From Treponema sp. (lineage in GTDB: Bacteria > Spirochaetota > Spirochaetia > Treponematales > Treponemataceae), in the NCBI GenBank assembly GCA_024695625.1, contig JAILHV010000187.1:399-64398 (forward strand): a DNA stretch of 64,000 nucleotides, in the 5' to 3' direction. Under the pieces are notes generated by a model. The model made no database searches, was not told the DNA's origin, and saw only the letters and a program-made list of their open reading frames with translations. The stretch's first letter is position 1. Every line of letters begins with the position of its first letter. A program made the translations under genes and the position numbers. Positions 21,071-29,530 of this stretch are shown here, piece by piece.

Positions 21071-21505
21071 TTAATTGCAATACAGTCCGAATGGGTCAGA
21101 CCAGGATGTTCCGTCTTCATATTCAATTTCTGTTGCGTATAAAAAATCTACGGTGTAATTTTCGTCTACCTCTGGACCAATGATGTCATCGAGGCTTATG
21201 GTAATTGATGTGTCCTCTCCCGGACCTATTGGGCAGGCTATGTTGCATTTTATTCCATTTGATATTAATCCTGCGCTTTCTCCTTCTGAATCATATACTC
21301 TCGCAGAGAATTTGATGTTTTTAATTTTTTGCTCACTGTTGTTGTAGAAATTGAATGATACGCATGCAAATTTGCATATTTCCGAATTTTCTCCAATGCT
21401 AACATGTGTATTTGATATGTAGTAGGGCTTTTTGAAGTTTGCTTCTGTGGCGCACCCAAAAAATAAAAGTGAAAAAATAAAACTGAATATGACATTTTTT
21501 TTCAT
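21071..21505 (-). CDS. Hypothetical lipoprotein (Ig-like beta fold likely)
   Basis: Lipobox FFGC, beta-rich sequence and C-terminal IEYEDGTSWSDPFG. Confidence 0.65.
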   Translation of the reverse strand: MKKNVIFSFIFSLLFFGCATEANFKKPYYISNTHVSIGENSEICKFACVSFNFYNNSEQKIKNIKFSARVYDSEGESAGLISNGIKCNIACPIGPGEDTSITISLDDIIGPEVDENYTVDFLYATEIEYEDGTSWSDPFGLYCN

Positions 21506-21510
21506 TTTGA

Positions 21511-22116
21511 TTATTCTCCTTTTTCTGTGTCTGTATCTTGAATTTTTGATTCGAGCAGATTTTTGTATTTACAAAATTCTATGCTTGATTCAGTCTCCGA
21601 AGGGTTTTCCTTTGTGATGCTAAGCAATCTTTTAGCTTCGTGAAAATCATTCTTTTTGTAGGCAAGTAGACTTTTGTACATGGCAAGTTCGTGTTGCGGG
21701 ATCGCTCCGTCCTCACAGTCAGACAGAGCTTTCTCTGCAAGAAAATAGTTGCCCTGCTCTAAGAAATTTTCAAATTCATTTTTCAAGTCTTTGGCACTTT
21801 TGATTTGGATGATATAGAGCCTATTGATTGGCGCCTGTGAAAAATCAAATTTCATGCTTTGCCAATTTTGCTTGTATCCTAAAAAATCCTTTCTTCTTGA
21901 ATTCTTTAGATCAAGACTAAAGAATCCTCTGTCATCGGTACTTGTGACGATTTTCTTGTTTGAGTTAGCGATCGAATAGTTTGCCACTGGCTCTCCATTT
22001 AAATCTGTTACCATCCCATGCAGAAGTCCCTGGTTTGAAAAAGAATTTGTTGCGCAAGAGGCCATTGTTATGCTGAAAATTACGCAGAATGCTTTTAAAA
22101 TTGTAGTTTTTTTCAT
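21511..22116 (-). CDS. Hypothetical lipoprotein (carboxypeptidase-regulatory-like domain plus TPR-like helices)
   Basis: Lipobox MASC, GMVTDLNGEPVANYSI...TDDRGFFSL and a helical C-terminus. Confidence 0.6.
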   Translation of the reverse strand: MKKTTILKAFCVIFSITMASCATNSFSNQGLLHGMVTDLNGEPVANYSIANSNKKIVTSTDDRGFFSLDLKNSRRKDFLGYKQNWQSMKFDFSQAPINRLYIIQIKSAKDLKNEFENFLEQGNYFLAEKALSDCEDGAIPQHELAMYKSLLAYKKNDFHEAKRLLSITKENPSETESSIEFCKYKNLLESKIQDTDTEKGE

Positions 22117-23345
22117 TTCCGTTCTCCTGTTATTTTTCCATTTTTGTTTTTATAAAATACAAGAACGCTTCCGTCTTTTTGTATTATTCTTCCAAAGTCT
22201 TCTCTCTTTTCAGAATTTTCCCTGCCGTAAGATTTTTTTGTCAGCACTGGTACCTTGCTTGCGGTTTCTCTGGGTGAGTTTTTTGGCAAGAAAACATTAC
22301 TGTTCCTGTTTATTAGGGTAAGAGGGTTGTGGTCTTTTTCATCAATTTTTTCTGCAAAGATGATTTTCATTCTGCTGTTTACTTTCCCTCCTTCAATTTC
22401 TATTGCAGCTGGAAAAATTGAATGTTCATCACATGCAAGCTTTAGCCCTTCAAGAAGCTTTTCCGCCGAACTGTTTGGAAAAAGAAATTCAACCGTGCCT
22501 TCGTCGGAAAAGTCTGTAAGCAAAACTCCGTTGCAGCTCCATATCGAAAGACGAATGTCGTCAATCTGATTCTTGGAAAGCTTCTGCTTGAGCCTTATAA
22601 CATTTTGGCTTTTGCTGTATAGGCTTGCGGAAAATTCTGGCTTGGAAGCAAAGTAGGTGACGGGTGAAAATATTTTTTGTCCTCCATCTTTGTTTTCTTC
22701 GTTGTCAAAAAAGGCTTGGGGAAAGCATTCTGACATGCAAAAATTCATTTTGTATGCTTCTTCTGTATTTTTATCTTCAAGAAAAATCAGTGAGCAACTT
22801 TTTATTTTTCCACTCTCCGTCCGCGTCCTTTGCAAAAAGTTATCAAGCGTATTGTATGCAAGCAATATGTTCTGGTGAATTTGCAGTTTGGAATCATCTG
22901 CATTGCCTTCCGCTGTCATAGCACTGGATGGACTTTTGTTTTCTTTATTCCTTGCTGCCTGGAGTTTTTCTTTCGAATGGATTGTGTGTGAAACGAAAAA
23001 TATTCCTGCCAAAAGGCTTACGATGACAGCCAGAAAAATGTTCAGAATTTTGTCTGAGTTGAAAAACTTGAGTTTGTTTTCATCACCGAATTTTAAGGGG
23101 GTGTGCTTTTTGTCTCCGCTCTTGTATTCTGCAAGTTTTACCTTGTCCATGACGGCAACGGCTGCCATAAGCTTTCCCTTTTTGAGCCGGTATTTTGCGT
23201 CATAGCAGCAGTTATCAGAAAAACATGGGTGGAGCTGTTCGAGTTTTTTTTCAATGTAATTCTTTCTTCTGCTGCGCTTGAGTAAAAACGGCATTGGAAA
23301 AGAATAAAGTTCATAGTCGTCTCTTTTTACGTATTCCTTTTTCAT
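22113..23345 (-). CDS. Hypothetical bitopic membrane protein (possible GspL/PilN-like platform component)
   Basis: Start at MKKEYVKR after AGGAGG, with an ATGA overlap with the upstream ORF. Single TM (IFLAVIVSLLAGIFFV); located in the T2SS-like operon. Confidence 0.5.
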   Translation of the reverse strand: MKKEYVKRDDYELYSFPMPFLLKRSRRKNYIEKKLEQLHPCFSDNCCYDAKYRLKKGKLMAAVAVMDKVKLAEYKSGDKKHTPLKFGDENKLKFFNSDKILNIFLAVIVSLLAGIFFVSHTIHSKEKLQAARNKENKSPSSAMTAEGNADDSKLQIHQNILLAYNTLDNFLQRTRTESGKIKSCSLIFLEDKNTEEAYKMNFCMSECFPQAFFDNEENKDGGQKIFSPVTYFASKPEFSASLYSKSQNVIRLKQKLSKNQIDDIRLSIWSCNGVLLTDFSDEGTVEFLFPNSSAEKLLEGLKLACDEHSIFPAAIEIEGGKVNSRMKIIFAEKIDEKDHNPLTLINRNSNVFLPKNSPRETASKVPVLTKKSYGRENSEKREDFGRIIQKDGSVLVFYKNKNGKITGERK

Positions 23346-23686
23346 AAGCCCTCCTGCTTTTTGTAGAACAATGCTTCCATGGTTTTTCCGTAGCACTTCC
23401 ACGTTTCTTTGTAAAAATTCCCTTCGTGCTGTAATTTTAATTCTTCAAAATTCCATAATGCTGTACATGTGTCTTTCCATAGAGTTGATTCAAGGAGCCA
23501 TTGCTGATCCTCTGTCGTCTTACATAAATTTATGAATCCGTTATATAAAAATTTATCCCTGTTCAATTCATGTTCTATCTGCATGGTTTTTGAATGAATC
23601 TTTACGGCCGGAATCAAGGCTTCCGATATAAAGGGAAAAAAAGAAAATATAATTGTACAGCAGCATATTAATTCTATAAGCTTCAT
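23342..23686 (-). CDS. Small pilin-like protein (possible minor pseudopilin)
   Basis: N-terminus MKLIELICCCTIIF resembles the mature pilin F-T-L-I-E-L motif with Glu5, followed by a hydrophobic helix. Confidence 0.45.
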   Translation of the reverse strand: MKLIELICCCTIIFSFFPFISEALIPAVKIHSKTMQIEHELNRDKFLYNGFINLCKTTEDQQWLLESTLWKDTCTALWNFEELKLQHEGNFYKETWKCYGKTMEALFYKKQEGL

Positions 23687-23901
23687 TTTAGATTCCCTTT
23701 TGCCGTATTGTTTTCCGCCTCTACATAGGAATAGAATTCATACTTTTGCTTTACTGCGGAATTGTATTGGGCATTTACACAGGCACAAATCCCTGCGCAT
23801 ACAAATGAAAGTGCACAAAGAACAATCATTGTAATAATGAGTATGTGTCCATCACTTTTTTTGTTAAGTTTATCTATAAGAAACGATGTCTGCATTTTCA
23901 C
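23683..23901 (-). CDS. Small GspK/PilX-like pilin-like protein
   Basis: Basic leader ending KKSDG, then hydrophobic HILIITMIVLCALSFV without Glu5, as in GspK/PilX. Confidence 0.45.
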   Translation of the reverse strand: MKMQTSFLIDKLNKKSDGHILIITMIVLCALSFVCAGICACVNAQYNSAVKQKYEFYSYVEAENNTAKGNLK

Positions 23902-24373
23902 CTTCTCCTCCTGCTACTCCGTCCGCTCCGAAACAGATGACGGCATAGGGTAAGTTTTGCGGGCAGTCTGAGGGAAATGCTGCGCTTCCATTTTTGATGT
24001 ACACATAGTCATTTCCCCAAGGGTCTGGCTTGACTTCTTTGTCCAGGTATGGTCCGTTCCAGTTTTGCGGGACGGGAACAAGAGTGGGTTTTGTCCACAG
24101 CGCGGCAAGCCCCTGCTCCGTGCTTGGAAAACAGCCGCAGTCCAAATAGTAGGATTGCATGGCCGCTTTGTAATGCTCAAGCGTTTGCCTGGCCGACGTT
24201 TTCCTTGCAAGTTCCATGATTCGGGCAGCAGAAATACCGGCTCCTGCAGAGAGGAGCGCTCCGATTGCAAGTACCGCAAGCGTTTCAACGAATGTAAAAC
24301 CGCTGCAATGATTCCCTTGTCTAGGATTTTTCCCATTTGAATACCCCCGTTTTTTTGTCCTGATTTTTTTCAT
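23870..24373 (-). CDS. gspG: Type II secretion major pseudopilin GspG
   Basis: Prepilin site G|FTFVE, PSTEQGLAAL, NWNGPYL, DPWGNDYVY and GADGVAGGEGENADI. Confidence 0.92.
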   Translation of the reverse strand: MKKIRTKKRGYSNGKNPRQGNHCSGFTFVETLAVLAIGALLSAGAGISAARIMELARKTSARQTLEHYKAAMQSYYLDCGCFPSTEQGLAALWTKPTLVPVPQNWNGPYLDKEVKPDPWGNDYVYIKNGSAAFPSDCPQNLPYAVICFGADGVAGGEGENADIVSYR

Positions 24374-24395
24374 AGTTCCTCCATAAAGTTATCAG

Positions 24396-25337
24396 TTATA
24401 TTCCATATTCAAATAAAGCCGGCGTAACAACCGTCTTTAATAAAAGCGTTATGTAGACTGCAAGGATGGTCATGCAAGCTGGTTCAATCATCTGCATAAA
24501 AAGTTTTGAGCATTCCTCGCTTTTTCTTTCAAGGTTTTCACAGATTGAATTTAATGCCAGGTCTGCCTGTCCTGATTGTTCTGCAAGTTCCATGTGTAAA
24601 AGAAATTCTTCTCCAAACCTTTGGCATGCTTTTGATACCCTGTGCCCATGCTCCAAATCAGAAAGTGCAAGGATGATTTTGTTTTTAAGATTTGAATTGC
24701 TTTTTACTGCAAGAAGTGATGTCTTTAGCGCATTGTAAAAATCTATTCCCGATGCAGTTAGAAAATTCAATATCTTGAATGAGTCTACGCATTCTTCCTT
24801 TGAAAAAATCTTTTTGATTGCAAAACAGAAAAAAGCGATGCAGGCGGCTAAAAATATATTTGCGCTTATACAGCCACGTACGGCATTTTTATGGTAAAGG
24901 TCAAAGTCAAATTTTCCCGTGATGTTTGGTATGATGTTCTTGCCGAATGCCATGAGTGCTATGCAACCCACCATTGCTGCAATTGTTACAAAAATAGGGT
25001 ATATAACTGAAAGAATAAGCTTTTGTCTCCTCTGCCTGATTCTGTCTTCCCTTTTGTAGAGAAAGTTAAAGACTTTGCGGATGCTTCCTCCGTTTTGTGC
25101 GCATGATGCAAAGGCTCCGTATATTGAATTAAATTCAATAGAAGAACATTTTTGCAGTGCTACGGAAAAAAGGGAGCCTTGCTGAAGGTACATCTCCACT
25201 TCGCCAGCGGCATTTCGTACCGCATTTTTTACCGACTTCATTTTTTGAATGATAATAAGTGCTTTTGAAAGTGCTATATCTGATTCCAAAAGTGAATTGA
25301 GAACTTTTACGAACAAAAATCTGTTTTTATTTGACAT
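24396..25337 (-). CDS. gspF: Type II secretion inner-membrane platform protein GspF family
   Basis: Two T2SSF-like repeats (LNSLLESDIALSKAL; AEQSGQADLAL...MIEP) with three TMs, between gspE and gspG. Confidence 0.8.
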   Translation of the reverse strand: MSNKNRFLFVKVLNSLLESDIALSKALIIIQKMKSVKNAVRNAAGEVEMYLQQGSLFSVALQKCSSIEFNSIYGAFASCAQNGGSIRKVFNFLYKREDRIRQRRQKLILSVIYPIFVTIAAMVGCIALMAFGKNIIPNITGKFDFDLYHKNAVRGCISANIFLAACIAFFCFAIKKIFSKEECVDSFKILNFLTASGIDFYNALKTSLLAVKSNSNLKNKIILALSDLEHGHRVSKACQRFGEEFLLHMELAEQSGQADLALNSICENLERKSEECSKLFMQMIEPACMTILAVYITLLLKTVVTPALFEYGI

Positions 25338-26514
25338 TGTTCACCTCGATTTCTGCACTGAGTTTTCCATTGCTTAGCCTCTGGGAGATTACACCCTTGA
25401 TGACTTCTTCTACCAAAGAAGAACTTTCGCCAAGATTCGTTAGGCGGAGCTTGGCCTGTGCAATGTTTCCCGTGTGAAGAGTTGCAATTACAAGGTGCCC
25501 CGTAAGTGCCGCCTGAAGCGCAACTTTGGCCGTAAGACTGTCGCGTATTTCCCCAATGAAAATTACGTCCGGATCCTGCCTGAAAACCCTTCTTAGCGCA
25601 TCTGCAAAATCCATGTCATGTCCTGCCTGAATCTTAATCTGCGTAACTCCCGGTAAAACATATTCAGGAGGGTCTTCCAGACTGATTATTTTTTTTGTCT
25701 CGCATTCTGACTTTCTTATTTCCTGAAGAAGTGCTCCTGCCGTCGTGGATTTCCCAGAGCCTGTTGGACCGCAGATAAGGATTAGGCCATTTTCTATGCG
25801 GCATAGTTTTTTTAGAAGTTCAATCTGCAAAATGTCATATCCAAGTTTTTCTAGCGAAAGGGGAGCCCTTGATGAATCGAGGAGCCTTAGGACTACGGAT
25901 TCACTTTCTCCACTTGAACCAACGGTGGGGATGCATGAGACTCGGATAAAAATGCTTTCGTTTTTGTTTCCGCGGAATGAGAATTGCCCATCTTGCCCCC
26001 GCCTGTTTTCAACGACATTCATCTTTGCAAGAAGCTTTATTCTTTGAACAAGTGATTCCCGGCTCTTGCTTTCCAAACTTGTGTATTTTGCCAATTTGCC
26101 CTTTACGCGGAAACGCACATCCTCTGATTCAATGTGAATGTCGGTGGCACCCTGATGCTGTGCGCTGAATATTAGGCTGGAAAGCAAGGCTGATACTTCG
26201 TTTTCTTCCTTTTCTTTTAGCGCAGTACTTTCTTCCACTCCGGCCAGGTGGTTTTCCTTGCGCTCGAAAAGTTTTGAAAGCATTAGGTTGAATTCTTCTT
26301 TTTTTATCTGCCTAAAATTTATTCCGCAAGTCTTTCCAGTAAAGTCTTTTTTTGAGTGGACTGCATGGCAGAGCCTTTCCTTTAGTTTTTCATTTGAAGA
26401 ATCCAGGATCCCGAATGTTATTGTGTTTTCCGGTTTGTTGTCATCGAGGACAATTGTTCCGTTGTGGAGACAGAATACCGGCGAAAGTGAAAAATTAGAG
26501 TTGAAGCCGCTCAT
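25327..26514 (-). CDS. gspE: GspE/PulE-family secretion ATPase (short C-terminus)
   Basis: ATDIHIE, Walker A GPTGSGKST, Asp box SLEDPPE, Walker B DPDVIFIGEIRD and His box TGHLVIATLH. Confidence 0.88.
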   Translation of the reverse strand: MSGFNSNFSLSPVFCLHNGTIVLDDNKPENTITFGILDSSNEKLKERLCHAVHSKKDFTGKTCGINFRQIKKEEFNLMLSKLFERKENHLAGVEESTALKEKEENEVSALLSSLIFSAQHQGATDIHIESEDVRFRVKGKLAKYTSLESKSRESLVQRIKLLAKMNVVENRRGQDGQFSFRGNKNESIFIRVSCIPTVGSSGESESVVLRLLDSSRAPLSLEKLGYDILQIELLKKLCRIENGLILICGPTGSGKSTTAGALLQEIRKSECETKKIISLEDPPEYVLPGVTQIKIQAGHDMDFADALRRVFRQDPDVIFIGEIRDSLTAKVALQAALTGHLVIATLHTGNIAQAKLRLTNLGESSSLVEEVIKGVISQRLSNGKLSAEIEVNNVK

Positions 26515-28605
26515 TTAAAGCTCCTCGCTGTTTGAGAAAATGAATTTATCAAGGACGCGCTTGGTAAATTCATTTTCAGATTCTTCCAGCTGCTTTTGAT
26601 TCTTTGCCTCTGTTTCTCTTTGCTCGCAGTGGGGAACAAGGTATATGACAAGCTCGGTGTTTTCTTTTGTCCTTTTGTGCGATTTGAAGAACCAGCCGAT
26701 GACCGGAATCTTTGAAAGAAGGGGAGTTCGTTCTTCTACTAGGGAATCCTCATTTTGTAAAAGTCCGCTAAGGATGACCGGTTCTCCGCTTTTTCCCAAT
26801 ACTTCCGTTGTGATTGTCTTTTCACTTGTGGGCGGCGGGTTCCCTGTTTTGGAAGAAAGGTCTGCACCCTGTCGGGAAACACATGCGGCAACCTTGCTTG
26901 TTATCATTCCGTCTCCACTTACCCAGCCGGTTATATCTATCGTAAGGCCAGAAACTATTTCCCGGGTGATTCCTGAATAGATGGGCTTTCCTGTTTCCGG
27001 GTCAAGGTTATTGTCACGGTAGCGGTATGTGTTCGTGTTCTTGAAATTTATCGTTCCTCCGTTAACACCGTGCAGAGTTGTGTCTGCGAATACGTGGGCA
27101 CGGTTTTCGTTTATCGCACTTTGAAGCGACGAGGCAAACTTTAGCCCGAATGCACCGACAACATCTAGGTTCAAGTTGAGGACTGAGCCGAGTGCTGCAC
27201 TCATGTTGTGCTTGTCACCCAAGGCAAGCCGCCTTGAACTGAGTGAAGAGTCAAAGGAAAAGTCGTCTGTTGACTGGTACTGCATTACAAGAAGGTCGTA
27301 GCGGATGCGTTTTTCGCTAACGTCGATTAGGCTAAGGTTTTCTTGCAGTTGTCTGTATTGCTCTTCACTTCCAGTAAAGAAAAATTCATTGTCGCTTTTT
27401 GTCTTTACAATCTGTGACTGTTCTATTCCTGGGGGAAGGGCTGCTAAAAAGTCTGATGTTTTTATGTAGCGCAATTCGATCCGTTTTATATTCTGCTTTG
27501 TGTCGAATGATGAAGAAAAGTTTTCTATTGAATCGTGGAGCTTTGCTTTTGCAAAATATAGTATGGCATTTTCTTCTTCCAGCACGATAGCCTGCTGTTG
27601 GCCGAATCTTTGCATAATAAGGTTGTTTGCCTTTGTGCACGGATAGTACTTGAACTGGTGCTTCTTCCATATTTTGCCTGCGTCGCGTGCCGCGCTGCTT
27701 TTTTCCTGGGGAGGAATGACGTAGTATATTCCCCCGCATTCCGTGCAGTCAAGGTTTGCGCTTGAACAAATTAGCGAAAGCGTGTCCTCAAAACTCTTTC
27801 TCTGGAACTTTATCCTTTTTATAGGAACTGATGTGTCGCATGAGAACAAAAACTGCTTTTGGGCATTGGAAAATAATTCTTCAAGGCAAGACCCTGCACT
27901 TGCATCCTGAATATCTGCATCAAAAAGTTCCTGTTTCTGATTGTTGCGGGCAATGTGAAGTCGTGTGCTTTCTGCATTCTGCATGCGGCCTTCATTGTGA
28001 CTTGCTGCCCGCTTTATATGGAATTCAATTGAGGGTTGGTTTTCCGTTCTGAAAACATTTTCGCAGACGTATTCCTTTCCGCACTGCCTGATCAAGGCTT
28101 CCAGCATGGCTTTTAGGGCCAGGCTCTTATCCTGCCCGCGGTAATTTGCATGAAGCGACACGGGGCTTTCCGAAAGCTGCTCGTAAGTTACCGTTGCTCC
28201 GAAAAAGGCTGCGAGTTTTTCTGCTACAAGTGATGGCTTGCAGTCCATTGCGTCTGCAAATATTGTTCCGTCTTCTTCCCTTATGCTTACCCGACTTACC
28301 GTCCACAGGTCTTCTGTCTTGTTTACGTAAAGGCGGTTTGCTTTTAGAAAACTGTCGAATGCATTTTCAAAGGATGTGCCTGCGAAGCGGAATGTCATCT
28401 TGCCGCTTACGGTGTCGTCTGCAACAATTGCGATTCCCCTGTACATGCTTACCGTATAAAGGATTTCTCCTATTTCCTTGTTTAGGAATTCGAAGCCGTC
28501 TATGTTAATCGAGGGGCTTTCCTTGCTTGGGGATGCAAAGCTTGGGGAAGCAAGGTTTCCTGCTGTAAGTCCAAGGCATAAAGCTGCCAAGAGTCTTTTT
28601 TTCAT
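26515..28605 (-). CDS. gspD: Secretin (GspD / type II-III secretion system protein)
   Basis: Signal peptide, N-terminal STN/N0-like domains and secretin C-terminus SGEPVILSGLL...TPLLSKIPVIGWFFK...ENTELVIYLVP. Confidence 0.88.
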   Translation of the reverse strand: MKKRLLAALCLGLTAGNLASPSFASPSKESPSINIDGFEFLNKEIGEILYTVSMYRGIAIVADDTVSGKMTFRFAGTSFENAFDSFLKANRLYVNKTEDLWTVSRVSIREEDGTIFADAMDCKPSLVAEKLAAFFGATVTYEQLSESPVSLHANYRGQDKSLALKAMLEALIRQCGKEYVCENVFRTENQPSIEFHIKRAASHNEGRMQNAESTRLHIARNNQKQELFDADIQDASAGSCLEELFSNAQKQFLFSCDTSVPIKRIKFQRKSFEDTLSLICSSANLDCTECGGIYYVIPPQEKSSAARDAGKIWKKHQFKYYPCTKANNLIMQRFGQQQAIVLEEENAILYFAKAKLHDSIENFSSSFDTKQNIKRIELRYIKTSDFLAALPPGIEQSQIVKTKSDNEFFFTGSEEQYRQLQENLSLIDVSEKRIRYDLLVMQYQSTDDFSFDSSLSSRRLALGDKHNMSAALGSVLNLNLDVVGAFGLKFASSLQSAINENRAHVFADTTLHGVNGGTINFKNTNTYRYRDNNLDPETGKPIYSGITREIVSGLTIDITGWVSGDGMITSKVAACVSRQGADLSSKTGNPPPTSEKTITTEVLGKSGEPVILSGLLQNEDSLVEERTPLLSKIPVIGWFFKSHKRTKENTELVIYLVPHCEQRETEAKNQKQLEESENEFTKRVLDKFIFSNSEEL

Positions 28606-28795
28606 TTTGTGTCTCCGTTTTTTTTTCTTTGGCGTACATCTATACATTCATCACTAAAAGTCAAAATGGGAGACTTTTGCGCAAATTATTTTTAGGTATT
28701 TTTTGCTGCTGCATAATAATCCTGCAGAAAATCATGGAATGACGTACTTTTATAAAATTGCTATTTGTGGTAGATTGGGGAAAGGAGATAGACTT

Positions 28796-29527
28796 ATGGA
28801 AAAAAGATCTGCTAGAAAAAATGAAGTGCGCACAAAAAAGGCGGAAGCTGTTCCGCAGAAAGTTGCACGGCTTGAGAATGAATCCAAGTCTTATGAAGAG
28901 GGCTTCCAGGAGCATGAATATACCGGGAGGGAAAAGGCATCCGGATTTGCAGGAACGCTTAGGCTTGTGAAATTTTTTGTTTTTATTTTTCTGCTGCTTG
29001 CCGCTCTTCTTGCATTTTATTACGGCTGGAAAAAATTTACCAAGATTCAGATAGAGAAAAAATATTCTACGATTTCTTCCCAGGTTCAGGAAGTTGCAGA
29101 GCTTACTGCAATCAAGTACACCTACAACGATGTTGTGAGCATAAAAAAGTCTGCGGTGGGCGGAATGAGCAAGGCCTACAGCATTGTAAAATACACGGGC
29201 ATTATCCGCGTTGGAATCCGCGATGTTTCTGACATTGGAATAAACATTAGTCCTGATGGAAACAGCGTTTCGGTTAAGGTTCCCCGCTCGGAGATTCTGG
29301 AGAATGCCCTGCTGAGTCAGGAAGTGTTTGACGAAAAGGACGGTGTTTTTGTTGGAGTGAACACCAAGGAAGTAATGGAAGAAATAAAGCGGGCAATGGA
29401 AGGCCAGCTTTCCCAGATAAAGGATTCTGGAATTGAAAAGGATGCGGATAAGAAAGTTAAGTCCCTCTTGGAGAGCATGATAAAGGGTGCCGGTTACGAG
29501 AGCGTTTCCGTTAAGGTTGGGCTGTAA
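28796..29527 (+). CDS. DUF4230-family membrane-anchored protein
   Basis: One TM then VAELTAIKYTY...YTGIIRVGI...VKVPRSEIL. Start after the AAGGAG RBS. Confidence 0.7.
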   Translation: MEKRSARKNEVRTKKAEAVPQKVARLENESKSYEEGFQEHEYTGREKASGFAGTLRLVKFFVFIFLLLAALLAFYYGWKKFTKIQIEKKYSTISSQVQEVAELTAIKYTYNDVVSIKKSAVGGMSKAYSIVKYTGIIRVGIRDVSDIGINISPDGNSVSVKVPRSEILENALLSQEVFDEKDGVFVGVNTKEVMEEIKRAMEGQLSQIKDSGIEKDADKKVKSLLESMIKGAGYESVSVKVGL

Positions 29528-29530
29528 TTT

